From Priapulus caudatus (taxonomy: Eukaryota): a stretch of DNA of 35,210 bases. This document shows positions 34,396 to 35,210 of the stretch, piece after piece (position 1 is the first letter of the stretch; the number at the start of each line of letters is the position of its first letter). The notes below the pieces were generated by a model. The model ran no database searches. It had not been told where the DNA came from and saw only the letters and a list, made by a program, of their open reading frames with translations. The stretch is taken from NCBI RefSeq assembly GCF_000485595.1, contig NW_014577085.1, positions 531,073 to 566,282 of the forward strand. The letters are read 5' to 3'. Made by a program: the position numbers and the translations under genes.

Positions 34396-34861
34396 TGCTT
34401 CCTGCTGCTACTACTGCTGCTCCTGCTACTGCTGCTGCTACTACTACTGCTTCTGCTTCTGCTGCGGCTGCTGCTGCTGCTGCTGCTTCTCTTGCTGCTG
34501 CTGCTGCTGATGCTGCTGCTGCTCCTGGCTACTGCTGCTGCTGCTGCTACTACTACTACTGCTACTACTGCTCCTGCTACTGCTTGCGCTGCTTCTTCTG
34601 CGGCTGCTGCTACTGCTACTGCTGCTTCTGCTGCGGCTGCTGCTGATGCTGCTGCTGCTTCTGTGCTGCTGCTTTTGCTGCGGCTGCTTGCTGCTGCTGC
34701 TGCTGCTGTTGAGTGCTTGCTGCTCCTGCTACTGCTGCTGCTGCTGCCTGCTACTACTACTAATGCTACTACTGCTCCTGCTACTGCGGTGCTGCTTCTG
34801 CTGCTGCTTCTGCTGCTGCTACTACTACTAATGCTACTACTGCTCCTGCTACTGCGGCTGC

Positions 34862-34893
<32 letters not shown>

Positions 34894-35210
34894 GCTGCTG
34901 CTTGCTGCTGCTGCTGCTGCTAATGCTGCTGCTCTGCTGCTGCTCCTGGTACTGCTGCTGCTCCTGCTCCTGCTGTTGTTGCTACTACTACTGCTCCTGC
35001 GCTGTGCTGCTCCTGCTACAGCTGATGCTGCGTTCTGCTGCTGCTTCTCTTACTGCTACTCTACTGCTGCTGCTCTGCGCTCCTGCTGTTGTTGCTGCTT
35101 ACTACTACTGCTACTGCTGCTGCTACTCCTGCTGTTGTTGGCTATACTACTTGCTACTGCTGCTGCTTGACTTCTCCTTACTTTGCTGGCTCATGCTGCT
35201 GCTCCTGGTA
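34396..35210. repeat. >800-bp degenerate (CTG/CTA/CTT)n trinucleotide tract in the SLC16 intron
   Basis: Direct reading; source of the poly-A/L/C ORFs. Confidence 0.95.

Noticed and set aside
33453..35170. SL-rich and poly-Ala/Leu/Cys ORFs
   Set aside because: Translations of (CT)n and (CTG)n tracts

Overview
AT-rich, repeat-dense eukaryotic genomic DNA, probably from an invertebrate animal; it is not prokaryotic, and most short six-frame ORFs are microsatellite artefacts. There are three host genes. (1) The last six coding exons of kinesin KIF6 (+, 507-3960), with a clear U12-type minor-spliceosome intron at 1413-1598. (2) A convergent POMK/SGK196-like secretory-pathway kinase (-, exons ~12508-12451 [tentative], 9745-9630, 9357-9190, 5388-4552), plus a 5'-truncated paralogous copy at 13112-13670 that differs almost only in the catalytic/activation-segment region. 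(3) The first coding exon of an SLC16 monocarboxylate transporter (+, 32367-32559). The rest is a stack of non-autonomous transposable elements. These include a 4.6-kb hAT-type element with a perfect 8-bp TSD that contains a Helentron/DINE-like element and a 2.5-kb foldback element built from a 19-bp palindrome. There are also two copies of an ~0.8-kb long-TIR MITE, Harbinger-like MITEs, a probable solo LTR, large degenerate microsatellites and three assembly gaps. Homology calls rest on recalled protein motifs, not database searches.
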